Below are positions 27,934 to 38,331 of a stretch of 64,000 bases of DNA, one piece after another. Both the position numbers and the translations under genes were made by a program. Positions within the stretch are counted from its first letter, which is position 1; each line of letters starts with the position of its first letter. Location of the stretch: NCBI GenBank assembly GCA_007121015.1, contig SKMN01000022.1, positions 19,027 to 83,026 on the forward strand, in the 5' to 3' direction. This DNA comes from Coriobacteriia bacterium (GTDB lineage Bacteria; Actinomycetota; Coriobacteriia; Anaerosomatales; SLCP01). Below the pieces are notes generated by a model that was given only the letters and a program-made list of their open reading frames with translations, did no database searches and was not told the DNA's origin.

Positions 27934-28212
27934 ATGATCCGTCCTCGAATCAAGCTGCCGCTGTGGGCGGCGGTCGCGCTGCCGGCCGCCGCCTACGTGG
28001 TCCGCTCGCTCATCCGGGGAAGCTTCGCGCCGGATCTCCCGACGGACCTCGTTGCGTACGGACTACTCGCGTTCGTCGTCGTCGTAGTCGCCATCGGACG
28101 CGCGCGTCTTGCGGAAGACCCCGACGACGAGCGAGCCGGCGAAGTGGACGACGGCGACGAGCGCCCCCACGATGACCGGGAGCACGACGAGGTCGGTCAT
28201 GAGGTCAGGTGA
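27934..28212 (+). CDS. 92-aa two-TM protein with an acidic tail (uncertain)
   Basis: The ATG lies 8 nt after the DUF4349 stop. Translation: MIRPRIKLPLWAAVALPAAAYVVRSL...LLAFVVVVVAIG...DPDDERAGEVDDGDERPHDD. Its 3' 150 nt are antisense to ORF 28063..28338. Confidence 0.4.
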   Translation: MIRPRIKLPLWAAVALPAAAYVVRSLIRGSFAPDLPTDLVAYGLLAFVVVVVAIGRARLAEDPDDERAGEVDDGDERPHDDREHDEVGHEVR

Positions 28213-28338
28213 CTCGAGACCGACCACACCGGAACCCGCGATCGTGAGCCAGCCGCCCGCCGCTACACCGATCGCCACGCCGGTTCCCCACGTGAGCGCC
28301 CAGAACAACCGTCTACCTATCGACCGCACAGCTCCCAC
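28063..28338 (-). CDS. 91-aa membrane protein (uncertain, competes with 27934..28212)
   Basis: GTG start. Translation: MGAVRSIGRRLFWALTWGTGVAIGVAAGGWLTIAG...LVVLPVIVGALVAVVHFAGSLVVGVF...DGDYDDDERE. Third-position GC is strong only in the part that overlaps the plus-strand ORF. Confidence 0.3.
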   Translation of the reverse strand: MGAVRSIGRRLFWALTWGTGVAIGVAAGGWLTIAGSGVVGLESPDLMTDLVVLPVIVGALVAVVHFAGSLVVGVFRKTRASDGDYDDDERE

Positions 28339-28362
28339 TCTCCCCTGACCCTTCTCGTACCG

Positions 28363-28383
28363 GGTGCCGCACGCGGCGGCACC
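28363..28383 (-). terminator. GC hairpin after xerD
   Basis: GGTGCCGC / GCGGCACC (8 bp, 5-nt loop), 20 nt after the xerD stop. No U tract. Confidence 0.35.
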
Positions 28384-28403
28384 GCGGCGACCCTACGCCC
28401 GTC

Positions 28404-29324
28404 CTATCGTATCCTCGCACGCGGGTGTGTCGAGAGATACTCCTCCCTCAAGTGGCTCATGTCCACATGGGTGTATACCTGTGTCGTCGAGATGTCTGCA
28501 TGGCCGAGGAGTTCCTGGAGAGCGCGCAGATCAGCTCCGCCCTCGAGCATGTGGGTAGCGAACGAGTGCCGCAACGTGTGTGGATGCAGGTCGAGTCCTG
28601 CCGCACGCCCGTAACGACGAACGATCCCGAAGACGGCCTGACGCGAGAGACGCCCTCCCCGGACGTTGATGAAGACCGCGCTCGGATCGGTGCGCAGCGT
28701 GGCCTTCTTGGGCTTAAGGTGTCCTCGGCCATGGACGAGGTAGGCATCGAGCGCCCGCGATGCTTCGCCCGCGAGAGGCACGAGCCGTTGCTTATCGCCT
28801 TTCCCGCGGACCCGCATGACGCCGCGGTCGCTATCGACGTCCCCGAGGTCGAGGGCGGTCAGCTCACTCACGCGGACACCGCAGCCGTACAGTACCTCGA
28901 GGATGGCCCGATCTCGCAGGCCCGCGGGCGTGTCGGAGAACGGCTGGCCGAGCAACCGTTCGATATCGTCGATGCTCACGTGGTCCGGAAGCCTGGTCGG
29001 CACTTTGGGGAGAGGGACCCGCGCGGCGGGCTGTTCGACGGCAAGCCCCTCCCTCACGAGGAAACCATGAAAGCTCTTCACGCACGCAAGCGAGCGCTCG
29101 ACACTCGACGGAGCGAGCCCGCGCTCGCGCTGGGCCGCGACGAACGCGACGACGTCGTCCTTCGAAGCAGTCGCCGGGTCGTCGATGCCGCGTCGGGCGA
29201 GTGTCGCCATGTAGCGCTCGAGGTCGCGCCGGTACGCGGAAAGCGTGTTGCGCGACGACCCGCGCTCCACTGCAAGATGCGAGAGGAACTCCTCGGCCAC
29301 CGGATGGATGGATGCTCGACTCAT
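28404..29324 (-). CDS. xerD: tyrosine recombinase XerD (chromosome dimer resolution)
   Basis: N-terminal SAM-like domain (FLSHLAVERGSSRNTLSAYRRDLERY). The catalytic region reads HTLRHSFATHML...LLGHADISTTQVYTH. Its position near pyrG matches other actinobacteria. Confidence 0.9.
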   Translation of the reverse strand: MSRASIHPVAEEFLSHLAVERGSSRNTLSAYRRDLERYMATLARRGIDDPATASKDDVVAFVAAQRERGLAPSSVERSLACVKSFHGFLVREGLAVEQPAARVPLPKVPTRLPDHVSIDDIERLLGQPFSDTPAGLRDRAILEVLYGCGVRVSELTALDLGDVDSDRGVMRVRGKGDKQRLVPLAGEASRALDAYLVHGRGHLKPKKATLRTDPSAVFINVRGGRLSRQAVFGIVRRYGRAAGLDLHPHTLRHSFATHMLEGGADLRALQELLGHADISTTQVYTHVDMSHLREEYLSTHPRARIR

Positions 29325-29355
29325 ATGCCGATGATACCCTTGCGAGATCTCCGGG

Positions 29356-30483
29356 TCAGACCGCCGGGTACCCGATGATCTCCTCGAGCGGCGTGTAGGC
29401 CATGTCGTGCGCCTCGGCGACCGGCTTGTACGTGATGGCGCCCTCGAGCACGTTCACGCCCTTGGCGAGCGCCGGGTCGTCGAGCACGGCCCGCATCCAG
29501 CCTTTGTCCGCGATCGCCAGTCCGTAGCGCAGCGTCGCGTTCGTGAGCGCCTGGGTCGAGGTCACCGGGACAGCGCCCGGCATGTTCGCCACTCCGTAGT
29601 GGAGGACGTCGTCGACGACGAACGTAGGGTCGGCGTGGGTGGTGGGGTGGGTGGTCTCGATGCAACCGCCCTGGTCCACGGAGACATCGACCACGACCGC
29701 ACCTTTCTTCATCGTCGAAAGCATGTCCCGCGTCACGAGCCACGGCGTCTTCGCCCCGGGCAAGAGGACGGCACCGATGATGAGGTCCGCCTCCCTGATC
29801 ATGTCGTCGATGTTGTGGCGGTTCGAGTACAGGGTCCTGATGGTGTTGCCCCAGACGTCCTCGATGTAGCGCAGGCGGTCGATGTTCACGTCGAGCACGG
29901 TCACGTGCGCGCCCATGCCCTTGGCAACGTACGCCGCGTTGAATCCCACGACTCCCGCGCCCAGCACGACCACGTTGGCGGGGGGCACGCCGGCTACGCC
30001 GCCCATGAGCGCTCCGCGCCCGCCGTTAGGTTTCTGCAGGTACGCCGCGCCGACCTGAGCGGCCATGCGGCCGGCCACCTCGGACATGGGTGCGAGCAGC
30101 GGCAGGAACCGATCGGGTGACTCGACGGTCTCGTACGCGATGCACACGGCGCCCGACGCCACGAGCCCTTCTGTCTGCGGGAGGTCGGGCGCAAGGTGCA
30201 GGAACGCATAGAGGATCTGACCGGGTCGCAACTTCTCGATCTCGACCGCCTGAGGCTCCTTGACCTTGATGATCATCTCCGCGCGGGCGAAGACCTCATC
30301 GGCGGTGTCGACCATCTCGGCACCTGCGGCGACGAACCGGTCGTCGGCGAAGGAGGAGCCCACCCCCGCGCCCTTCTCGACCAGTACGTGATGACCGTGC
30401 GCCACGTACTCTGCAACGCCACCCGGCGTCATGCCTACGCGGAACTCGTTGTTCTTGATCTCTGCTGGGATGCCGATTATCAA
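29356..30483 (-). CDS. ald: alanine dehydrogenase
   Basis: The track ORF is trimmed to the TTG at 30481-30483, giving (M)[16 protein letters not shown], the canonical Ald N-terminus, with AAAGGA 8 nt upstream. The NAD site is [12 protein letters not shown]. Confidence 0.92.
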   Translation of the reverse strand: MIIGIPAEIKNNEFRVGMTPGGVAEYVAHGHHVLVEKGAGVGSSFADDRFVAAGAEMVDTADEVFARAEMIIKVKEPQAVEIEKLRPGQILYAFLHLAPDLPQTEGLVASGAVCIAYETVESPDRFLPLLAPMSEVAGRMAAQVGAAYLQKPNGGRGALMGGVAGVPPANVVVLGAGVVGFNAAYVAKGMGAHVTVLDVNIDRLRYIEDVWGNTIRTLYSNRHNIDDMIREADLIIGAVLLPGAKTPWLVTRDMLSTMKKGAVVVDVSVDQGGCIETTHPTTHADPTFVVDDVLHYGVANMPGAVPVTSTQALTNATLRYGLAIADKGWMRAVLDDPALAKGVNVLEGAITYKPVAEAHDMAYTPLEEIIGYPAV

Positions 30484-30526
30484 CGTCTTGTTCCTTTCGA
30501 GACGCGCCGACACTGACATCTTCAAC

Positions 30527-31651
30527 TCAGCCGAGGTGCCCCGATATCCGACCGATCACCGCACGAACAAGGGCGGCGAGGGCCTCGAGGTCATCGACGG
30601 CTATGCGCTCGTCGACGGAGTGGACGTTCTCCATGCCACACGACAGCACGAGTGTGGGAGTGCCGGTCGACGCGAAGATGCTTGCGTCGCTCCCGCCTCC
30701 CGTCGTGAACAGGCGGGACTCGATACCGAGGTCGGCACACGCGCTGCGCACTGCTTCGATCGCAGGCGCATCCGCCGGGACCATGAAAGCTCCATACTCC
30801 CTCGTCCACACGGTCTCGACGCGCCCGCCATGTGCCGAAGCCGCGGCGCGCATCGCGTCGTCCATCTCGCCGCGCACCGTCTCGACGCGCTCGTCGTCGA
30901 GGGAGCGGCACTCGCCGGTGACCGTGACCTCACTCGGCACTACGTTCGTCGCCGTACCTCCGCCGATGGTGCCCACGTTGGCGGTCGTCCGCTCGTCGAG
31001 GCGGCCGAGTCGCATCGCGGTGATCGCTTCGGCGGCCATGACGAGCGCGGAGACACCCTTCTCGGGAGCGACACCGGCATGCGCGGCAGTGCCGGTGAAC
31101 ATAGCCGAGAAGGTGTAGTGCGTCGGGGCGGCCACGACGATGCCTCCCGGCGGACCGTCGGCGTCGAGCACGAGGCAAAGGTCGCCCTCCACCTCGGCAG
31201 GGTCGAGCGCCTTGGCCCCCGCGAGTCCGATTTCCTCGCATACCGTGAGGACGACGCGGATCGGACCACGCCGCACACCGTCCTCGACGGCACGGTGCAC
31301 CGCTTCGAGGATGGCTGCGATGCCCGCCTTGTCGTCAGCACCCAGCACGGTCTCCCCTGCCGAGGAGACGTGACCGCCGGCCACGACGGGCTCCACCCCC
31401 TCGCACGGCTGGACGCAGTCGAGGTGCGCCGAGAGCACGAGTGAAGGCGCGCCAGGGTCGAGCGGCGGGAGGGTCGCGACGACGTTGCCGGTGTTCGAGC
31501 CGGTGAGCGCTGCGGCGCCATCGGTCCTGACGTCGAACCCGAGGTCTGCGAGGAGCGCGGCACAGTACCCGGCGATCTGGGCCTCGCGCCGCGACGGGCT
31601 GTCGATCCGAGCGAGCGAGATGAACGTCGCCACAAGCCGCTCGGTAGACAT
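30527..31651 (-). CDS. M20-family metallopeptidase (peptidase T-like)
   Basis: Metal-ligand blocks are LSAHLDCV, GADDKAGIAA and CEEIGLAGA, plus GGGSDAS near the C-terminus. Confidence 0.8.
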   Translation of the reverse strand: MSTERLVATFISLARIDSPSRREAQIAGYCAALLADLGFDVRTDGAAALTGSNTGNVVATLPPLDPGAPSLVLSAHLDCVQPCEGVEPVVAGGHVSSAGETVLGADDKAGIAAILEAVHRAVEDGVRRGPIRVVLTVCEEIGLAGAKALDPAEVEGDLCLVLDADGPPGGIVVAAPTHYTFSAMFTGTAAHAGVAPEKGVSALVMAAEAITAMRLGRLDERTTANVGTIGGGTATNVVPSEVTVTGECRSLDDERVETVRGEMDDAMRAAASAHGGRVETVWTREYGAFMVPADAPAIEAVRSACADLGIESRLFTTGGGSDASIFASTGTPTLVLSCGMENVHSVDERIAVDDLEALAALVRAVIGRISGHLG

Positions 31652-31653
31652 CG

Positions 31654-33267
31654 TCAGCCTCGCATCTCGAGCTTGTGCGCCACTGTCGCACCGATGAAGT
31701 CGCGGAAGAGCGGAGCGGGCCGCGTGGGACGGCTCTTGAACTCCGGGTGTCCCTGGTTGCCGAGGAACCAGCGGTGCCCGGGGATCTCAACCATCTCGAC
31801 GAGCCGGTCATCGGGGCTGACCCCGCTGATCACGAGGCCGGCTTCCGAGAGCCGGTCGCGGTACGCGTTGTTCACCTCGTAGCGGTGACGGTGCCGTTCG
31901 TAGATGACTTCCTCACCGTACGCCTCCTGGCCCTTGGTGCCGGGCGCGAGCTTGCACGGGTACGCGCCGAGACGCATCGTGCCACCCATATCGTCGATGT
32001 CGTGCTGCTCGCGCATGAGGTCTATGACGGGATGCTCGGTCACCGGGTCGAACTCGGCGGAGTTCGCACCCTCCAGGCCGGCGACGTGGCGTGCGTACTC
32101 CACGACCGCGACCTGCATTCCGAGACAGATGCCCAGGTAGGGCACGTCGTTCTCGCGCGCGTAACATGCGGCACGCACTTTGCCCTCGATGCCCCGGATG
32201 CCAAACCCGCCGGGCACGAGGATGCCGTCCATCTCCGCGAGGATCTGGTCGACCTCCTCAGGTGTGAGGCTCTCGGCATCGACCCAGTGCACGTTGACCT
32301 TATGGTCGTGGAAGATGCCCGCATGATCGAGAGCCTCGGTCACCGACAGGTACGCATCGGGCAGCTGCACGTACTTGCCCACGAGCGCGATCTCGACGCT
32401 GTCCGCGAGCGAGGAGGAGTGCGCCACGAACCGCTCCCACTCCGCCATGTCGTGCTCCCCACACTCGAGAGCGAGCCGGTCGATGACCATCTCGTCGAGC
32501 GCTTGCTCGCGCAGGCGGAGCGGCACCTCGTAGATCGAGCGGGCATCCTGGGCGCTCACGACCGCCTTGGGCTCGACATCGCAGAAGAGCGCGATCTTGC
32601 GGCGGATGCCCGCGTCGATGGGCCGATCCGAGCGGCAGACGATGAAATCCGGCTGGATACCGATGGAACGCAGCTCCTTGACCGAGTGCTGCGTGGGCTT
32701 CGTCTTGAGCTCGGAACTCGCTGCGATGTAGGGCACGAGGGTGACGTGGATGTAGCAGACGTTGCTCGGCCCGACGTCTTTGCGCAGCTGGCGTATCGCC
32801 TCGAGGAACGGGAGCGACTCGATGTCGCCTACCGTGCCGCCGACCTCGGTGATGATGACGTCGGGGGCGGTCTGCTCGGCCAGGCGGACGATGCGACCCT
32901 TGATCTCGTTGGTGACGTGCGGGATGACCTGGACGGTCCCGCCGAGGAAGTCGCCGCGCCGCTCCTTGGTGACGACCGTCTGGTACACCGAACCTGCGGT
33001 CACGTTACTCTCTCGCGCGAGCGATTCATCGATAAAGCGTTCGTAGTGACCCAGGTCGAGGTCGGTCTCGCCCCCGTCGTCGGTGACGAAGACCTCGCCG
33101 TGCTGGAAGGGACTCATCGTTCCGGGATCGACGTTGAGGTAGGGGTCGAGCTTCTGGATGGTGACCTTGAGGCCGCGGGATTTCAGGAGTCTGCCGAGGG
33201 ATGCTGCGGTGATCCCCTTGCCGAGCGAACTCACCACTCCACCGGTCACGAATATGTGCTTCGCCAT
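31654..33267 (-). CDS. pyrG: CTP synthase
   Basis: [19 protein letters not shown], the GATase site GICLGMQ, and HPEF. Confidence 0.97.
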   Translation of the reverse strand: MAKHIFVTGGVVSSLGKGITAASLGRLLKSRGLKVTIQKLDPYLNVDPGTMSPFQHGEVFVTDDGGETDLDLGHYERFIDESLARESNVTAGSVYQTVVTKERRGDFLGGTVQVIPHVTNEIKGRIVRLAEQTAPDVIITEVGGTVGDIESLPFLEAIRQLRKDVGPSNVCYIHVTLVPYIAASSELKTKPTQHSVKELRSIGIQPDFIVCRSDRPIDAGIRRKIALFCDVEPKAVVSAQDARSIYEVPLRLREQALDEMVIDRLALECGEHDMAEWERFVAHSSSLADSVEIALVGKYVQLPDAYLSVTEALDHAGIFHDHKVNVHWVDAESLTPEEVDQILAEMDGILVPGGFGIRGIEGKVRAACYARENDVPYLGICLGMQVAVVEYARHVAGLEGANSAEFDPVTEHPVIDLMREQHDIDDMGGTMRLGAYPCKLAPGTKGQEAYGEEVIYERHRHRYEVNNAYRDRLSEAGLVISGVSPDDRLVEMVEIPGHRWFLGNQGHPEFKSRPTRPAPLFRDFIGATVAHKLEMRG

Positions 33268-33496
33268 ATGAACCTGTCAGCCTCCGTCCGCCTCGACCCT
33301 CGATGTCGTCCCTCAGCCATTCTAACCGTGCGGACCGACAAGCGCAGGGCGAGTTTCACGCCGATGGCGAAGATGCGGCCCGCTCGGCCCCGAACCGATA
33401 CAATAGCGCCCGGGACACCCAAGGGGGACCCTGCCTGCGACCGACACCGAGGAGCCGATCATCTCGACGCCCGGCGTAGCCCGATCGACCGCCATC

Positions 33497-35050
33497 ATGT
33501 CGTTCTCGACCGCGCTCTCCCGCGTGACGGGATTCGTCCGCATGTGGGCGACCGCGTACGCTCTCGGCGTGACGATGCTCGCCGCATCGTACGGGGTGGC
33601 GAACAACATCCCGAACATGATCTTCGAGCTCGTCGCGGGCGGCGTCATCACGTCGCTCTTCATCCCGATCTTCCTCGAGCGGCTCCAGCGCGACGGCGCA
33701 GACGACGCGTGGCGGTACGCGTCGTCGCTCTTCAACCTGACCGTGCTCGTCCTCGGCGTCGTCTCGGTCCTCGGCATCGTCTTCGCCGAGCAGGTCGTGC
33801 GCACGCAGACCTTCCGTATCTCGGTCGAAGAGGCGCGGCTCGCTACCGTGTTCTTCCGCTTCTTCTCGATCCAGATCGTCGCGTATGGCGCGGGGGCGGT
33901 CATCAGTGGGCTGCTCAACGCTCAGCGCAGGTTCTTGTGGCCCGCACTCGGTCCCGTGTTCAACAACCTCGTGGTCATCGTGACCTTGCTCGGCATCTAC
34001 GTACCGCTCTACCCGCGCGACCCGGAACTCGCGTTCGTACTGCTCGCCATCGGAACGAGCGTCGGTGTTTTCGTGATGTTCGGCGTCCAGGTGCCGAGCC
34101 TCATCAGGGCCGGGGTCCGCTACGTGCCCACCATCGACCTCTCGCATCCGGCCATGCGCGCGATGGGGAGGATGGCGATCCCCACGGTGCTCTACGTCGT
34201 GACCAACATCGTCGCGGTCTCGTTCCGTAACGCGTTCGCCTTCGAAGTCTCCCCCGCCGGTCCGGCGACGCTCATGTACGCATGGATGTTCTACCAGCTC
34301 CCGTACGGCATCTTCGCGGTCGCGCTCGCCACGGCGATCTTCACCGAACTCTCCGAGAGCGCCGGCCGCGACGACTGGGAACGATTCACCAGCCGGTTCC
34401 GCGGTGGCCTTCGAGCGACCGCGCTCATCATCATCCCGATGGCCGCGCTGCTCATCGCGCTTTCCCGCCCCCTCATCACGCTCTATCGCGCGGGACGTTT
34501 CACCGCCGAGGACATCCCCGTCGTCGCCGAGGTGCTTGTGTGGTGGGCCGCGGGCCTCTTCTTCTTCGCGAGCTTCATGTTCGTACTCAAGACGTTCTAC
34601 TCCCTGAAGGACACCAAGACGCCGGCGTTCGTGAACCTCGGCCTCACCGTGGTCCAGATCGCGCTCTACGCGGCGCTGACCACGGGAGTCGCGGGGTGGG
34701 CCGGTCTCGGACTCAAGGGCATCCCCATCGCCGACGGCATCTTCTTCCTCCTCGGTGTGACCGTACTCGGGGCCATACTAAGCCGCAGGATCGGCGGGTT
34801 CGACGCGGGGGGTGTCGTGTGGCTCGTCGTCCGGGTCGCCCTCGCCTCGGCCCTGGGCGCGGGAGTGGCCATCGGCGTGTCGGCGCTCGTGGCCAACCCC
34901 GATAACCAGCCCGTCGTCGCGGTAGCCACCATCGTCGGGGCCGGCCTCACGGGCCTCGTGGTCACGTACGCGGTCGCATGGATGTTCCGGGTGCCCGAGA
35001 TCCCCACGGCGTTGGCCGTCGCGCAACGCAAGCTCGCCGCACGCTCCTGA
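33497..35050 (+). CDS. murJ: lipid II flippase MurJ/MviN
   Basis: SRVTGFVR near the N-terminus and about 14 TM segments of MOP-superfamily pattern. The true start may lie upstream at a non-ATG codon, because the in-frame upstream residues RSTAIM resemble the family N-terminus. Confidence 0.9.
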   Translation: MSFSTALSRVTGFVRMWATAYALGVTMLAASYGVANNIPNMIFELVAGGVITSLFIPIFLERLQRDGADDAWRYASSLFNLTVLVLGVVSVLGIVFAEQVVRTQTFRISVEEARLATVFFRFFSIQIVAYGAGAVISGLLNAQRRFLWPALGPVFNNLVVIVTLLGIYVPLYPRDPELAFVLLAIGTSVGVFVMFGVQVPSLIRAGVRYVPTIDLSHPAMRAMGRMAIPTVLYVVTNIVAVSFRNAFAFEVSPAGPATLMYAWMFYQLPYGIFAVALATAIFTELSESAGRDDWERFTSRFRGGLRATALIIIPMAALLIALSRPLITLYRAGRFTAEDIPVVAEVLVWWAAGLFFFASFMFVLKTFYSLKDTKTPAFVNLGLTVVQIALYAALTTGVAGWAGLGLKGIPIADGIFFLLGVTVLGAILSRRIGGFDAGGVVWLVVRVALASALGAGVAIGVSALVANPDNQPVVAVATIVGAGLTGLVVTYAVAWMFRVPEIPTALAVAQRKLAARS

Positions 35051-36682
35051 TCACTCCCGCGAGATCCGCGCCTGGCCGAGGAGTTCTGTCGCGTGCGCCC
35101 GGGACGTCGCCGTGTCCTCGCCCGCGAGCATGCGGGCGACCTCGGCGATGCGCCCTTCACCGGTCACCGGTTCTACACGCGTGACGGTCCTGCCTTCGAC
35201 CGTCTCCTTGCGCACGACGAAGTGGTGGTCGGCATACGCGGCCACCTGGGGGAGGTGGGTGACGACGAGCACCTGATGGTCGCACGCGAGCCCGGCCAGT
35301 CGCGCACCGACCGAGAGCGCGGTCGCTCCTCCTATGCCCGCGTCGACCTCATCGAACACGAGCACCGGGACATCGTCGGCCGAGCCGAGCACTCCTTTGA
35401 GCGCGAGCATGACGCGGGAGAGCTCGCCGCCCGAGGCGATCTTGGCGAGCGGCCGTGCACTCTCCCCCGCTCCCGGGGCGAAGAGGAACTCGACGCGTTC
35501 TGGCCCTTCGACGCCCCACGAGTCGAACGCGAGCTCCTCGAACGCGACCTCGAAACGGGCATCGGCCATGTGGAGGTCTGCGACCGCGGCTGCGAGATCG
35601 GATTCGAACGCCTCCACTCGCTCCCGACGCACCACGCTCAGGCGGCCCGCCGCCTGCTCGAGAGTCTTGCGCGTCCGGTCCACATGCGCACGAGCCTCGG
35701 CAAGCTCCGCGTCGCTCGAGTCGAGTTCATCGAGGTGCGCACGGGCGTGCTCGCCGGTCTCGATGACATCGCCGAGCGTCGGTCCGTACTTTTTGGTCAG
35801 CCCGGCGAGCACCGCGAGACGCGCCTGCACCTCGTCGAGTACCGCCGGGTCGTGCTCGATGCCTTCGGCGTACGCGCGCAACTCCGCCCCTATGTCGTCG
35901 CACTCCGCGACCAACGCGTCCACGCGCGCGATGTGCGCGTCGAGGGACGGATCGAGCCCCGAGACCCGTTCGAGTGCCGACAGTGCCGCCGACAGTGCCT
36001 CGGAAGCGCCCTGCTCGCTCTTGAGGGAGTCGTATCCCGCAGCGCACGCGGCGGTGAGCTTGTCAGCGTGGGCGAGTCCGGGCAATCTCGCCTCCAGCTC
36101 GGCATCCTCTCCGTCCCTCACCTCCGCCACCTCGATCTCTCGCACGACGAACCGCAGGTAGTCCGCGGTCTTCGCGGTATCGGCGATCCGCGCTTCGAGT
36201 GCTTCGAGCGCGACTGCGGCCTCGCGGAACGACTCGCGCGCCTCCCGGTAGGACGCACGCGCATCGAGCGCCTCGGCGCCGACGTAGCGGTCGAGGTATC
36301 CCGCGTGACGTGACGGCTGGAGAAGCGCCTGGTGCTCGTGCTGTCCGTGAAGGTCCACGAGCGGGCCGAGGGCCTCGGCGAGCGACCCTACGGTAGCCAT
36401 CGAACCGTCGAGCGCGCACCGGGAACGGCCGTCCGCGCCGAGACGGCGCCGCGCGACGACCTCGGAACCGCCCACCACGAACCGCCCTTCGACGACGGCC
36501 CCGTCGGAACCGGTCCGCACCATGCCCGAATCGGCGCGCTCTCCCACGAGAAGCTTGAGCGCGCCCACAAGCGCCGTCTTCCCGGCTCCCGTCTCGCCGG
36601 TGAGCACCGTCATGCCGGAGCCGAACTCGATCCACACGTCCTCGATGAGGGCGAGGTCTGAGACGTGGAGCTCCTCGAGCAT
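35051..36682 (-). CDS. recN: DNA repair protein RecN
   Basis: The track ORF is trimmed to the ATG at 36680-36682 (MLEELHVSDLALIEDV...GETGAGKT). It has an SMC-like coiled coil and a C-terminal signature (ASGGELSRVMLAL...VLVFDEVDAGIGG). Confidence 0.93.
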   Translation of the reverse strand: MLEELHVSDLALIEDVWIEFGSGMTVLTGETGAGKTALVGALKLLVGERADSGMVRTGSDGAVVEGRFVVGGSEVVARRRLGADGRSRCALDGSMATVGSLAEALGPLVDLHGQHEHQALLQPSRHAGYLDRYVGAEALDARASYREARESFREAAVALEALEARIADTAKTADYLRFVVREIEVAEVRDGEDAELEARLPGLAHADKLTAACAAGYDSLKSEQGASEALSAALSALERVSGLDPSLDAHIARVDALVAECDDIGAELRAYAEGIEHDPAVLDEVQARLAVLAGLTKKYGPTLGDVIETGEHARAHLDELDSSDAELAEARAHVDRTRKTLEQAAGRLSVVRRERVEAFESDLAAAVADLHMADARFEVAFEELAFDSWGVEGPERVEFLFAPGAGESARPLAKIASGGELSRVMLALKGVLGSADDVPVLVFDEVDAGIGGATALSVGARLAGLACDHQVLVVTHLPQVAAYADHHFVVRKETVEGRTVTRVEPVTGEGRIAEVARMLAGEDTATSRAHATELLGQARISRE

Positions 36683-37533
36683 CACTGCCCCCGCAGGAAT
36701 TCGTCGCGAACGACCTCGTAGAAGTCCCTGCCGTCGAGCTTGACGAGAAGGACGTCGTGTTCGGCGCGGACGACCGAGATCGACTCGACGTCCCGCCGGC
36801 ACGGCGCGAGCGCGCCGTCGACCGAGACGAGCGCATCGCGGCGCGCGGGGTTCGGAAGCACGAGGTCGACCCGGTCCGAGGAGCCCACGACGATCGAGCG
36901 CGCGGCGAGCGTATGGGCCGCGACCGGCACGACGACCGCACACGGGACGTCCGGCGCGACGATGGGGCCGCCCGCCGAGAGTGCGTACGCGGTCGAACCG
37001 GTGGGCGTGGCGACCACCATCCCGTCGCAGCGGATGCGCGTCATCATCGTCCCGTTGACCGACAGCTCGAGGTCGATCACGCGCATCGTCGTTCCTCGGC
37101 CGACGTGCACCTCGTTCAGCGCACGGTATCGGCCCACGTCGCGACCGCCCATCCGGACCGTGGCCTCGAGGGTCGACCGCCGCTCGATCCGGCCTTCGCC
37201 GGCGAGCGCCGATCCGACCGACTCACGAAGCATCTCGGCTCGCGCACCGGACATGAAGCCGAGTCTGCCGAGGTTCACGCCGAGGACCGGGGCTTCGACC
37301 CGCCCGAGCGTGTGAACCGCCTTCAAGATCGTACCGTCCCCGCCGAGGGCGACCGTGAGCGTAGGCTCTCCCACCGCTGATGGCGCGATCCCGTGGGCAC
37401 CCAGCTCGCACGCCTCAGCGTCCGCCGTGATGAGCACAGGCTCGATGCCCGTGGCCGACAACCACGTAGCGAGCTCGATCGCGGCGCTCACCGCGAGCGG
37501 GTTGGCGGTGTTCGGTACCAGTAGCACACGCAT
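36682..37533 (-). CDS. nadK: NAD kinase
   Basis: GGDGTIL, and the NE...R.. and TPTGSTAY motifs. Confidence 0.92.
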   Translation of the reverse strand: MRVLLVPNTANPLAVSAAIELATWLSATGIEPVLITADAEACELGAHGIAPSAVGEPTLTVALGGDGTILKAVHTLGRVEAPVLGVNLGRLGFMSGARAEMLRESVGSALAGEGRIERRSTLEATVRMGGRDVGRYRALNEVHVGRGTTMRVIDLELSVNGTMMTRIRCDGMVVATPTGSTAYALSAGGPIVAPDVPCAVVVPVAAHTLAARSIVVGSSDRVDLVLPNPARRDALVSVDGALAPCRRDVESISVVRAEHDVLLVKLDGRDFYEVVRDEFLRGQ

Positions 37534-37536
37534 CGG

Positions 37537-38331
37537 TCATGCTCCCAACGCCGCATGGGCTTTCTCGACGACATCTGCCGGATCCACCGTGACCGCCTCG
37601 CCAAGACGAGACGCCCACAACCAGAACTCGATGTTACCGTGCGGACCCGTAAGTGGCGACCACGTCAGCCCCCGGACCGCGAGCCTGTTCTCCGATGCCG
37701 CACGGACCGCACCTTCGAGGACCTCGACGTGCGTCGCCGGGTCGCGCACCACACCTCTTTTTCCCACACGGCCCTTACCCGCATCGAACTGAGGTTTGAC
37801 CAACGCCACGAGCTGCCCGTTCTCTCCGAGGAGCGGCGCGACATGCGGGAGTACTTTCGCGAGACCGATGAACGAGACATCGACCACGGCGATATCGAAG
37901 GGTGCGCCCAGCTGTTCCGGTGTCGTGTCACGGATGTTCGTGCGCTCCAAGACGGTCACCCTCGCGTCGTTGCGAAGCGACCACGCGAGCTGTCCGTACC
38001 CCACATCGACGGCGACGACGCTCTCCGCGCCCCTCTGCAGAAGGCAGTCGGTGAAGCCTCCGGTCGACGCCCCGACGTCGACCGCACTCATGCCGGTCAC
38101 GTCCAGCGAGAACGTGTCGAGCGCGCCGGCGAGCTTCTCTCCACCGCGAGACACGTAGCGGGGCGCCTCGGCCACAGAGATGACGGCGTCTACATCGACG
38201 AGTTCGCCGGCTTTCCGTACGACCTCGCCGTCGACGCGGACCTCGCCTGCCATGATCGCGGCACGGGCGCGCTCCCTCGACGGGTAGACGCCGCGCTCAG
38301 CGAGAAGTACGTCTGCGCGACGCCGCACCAT
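37537..38331 (-). CDS. tlyA: 16S/23S rRNA (cytidine-2'-O)-methyltransferase TlyA
   Basis: The track ORF is trimmed to the ATG at 38329-38331. S4 domain (RADVLLAERG), YVSRGGEKL, and the SAM motif DVGASTGGFTDC. Confidence 0.88.
   Translation of the reverse strand: MVRRRADVLLAERGVYPSRERARAAIMAGEVRVDGEVVRKAGELVDVDAVISVAEAPRYVSRGGEKLAGALDTFSLDVTGMSAVDVGASTGGFTDCLLQRGAESVVAVDVGYGQLAWSLRNDARVTVLERTNIRDTTPEQLGAPFDIAVVDVSFIGLAKVLPHVAPLLGENGQLVALVKPQFDAGKGRVGKRGVVRDPATHVEVLEGAVRAASENRLAVRGLTWSPLTGPHGNIEFWLWASRLGEAVTVDPADVVEKAHAALGA

Noticed and set aside
28404-29324. Tyrosine recombinase considered as a marker of an integrated mobile element
   Set aside because: The sequence is XerD-like throughout. 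It sits in the conserved recN...pyrG...xerD chromosomal neighbourhood. There is no adjacent tRNA, no direct repeats and no phage or transposon genes.
31675-34230. 851-aa plus-strand ORF, the longest in the track
   Set aside because: It runs antisense to pyrG and then out of frame across murJ. Its composition is dominated by Arg, Asp, His, Gly and Leu with no recognisable family blocks. This is a typical high-GC shadow ORF, and both overlapped genes are strongly supported.
35048-35053. murJ and recN stop codons abut (TGA then TCA) with no intergenic space or terminator
   Set aside because: This is a real observation, but it is a simple convergent gene junction. No structure or motif is involved, so I judged it not worth a finding.
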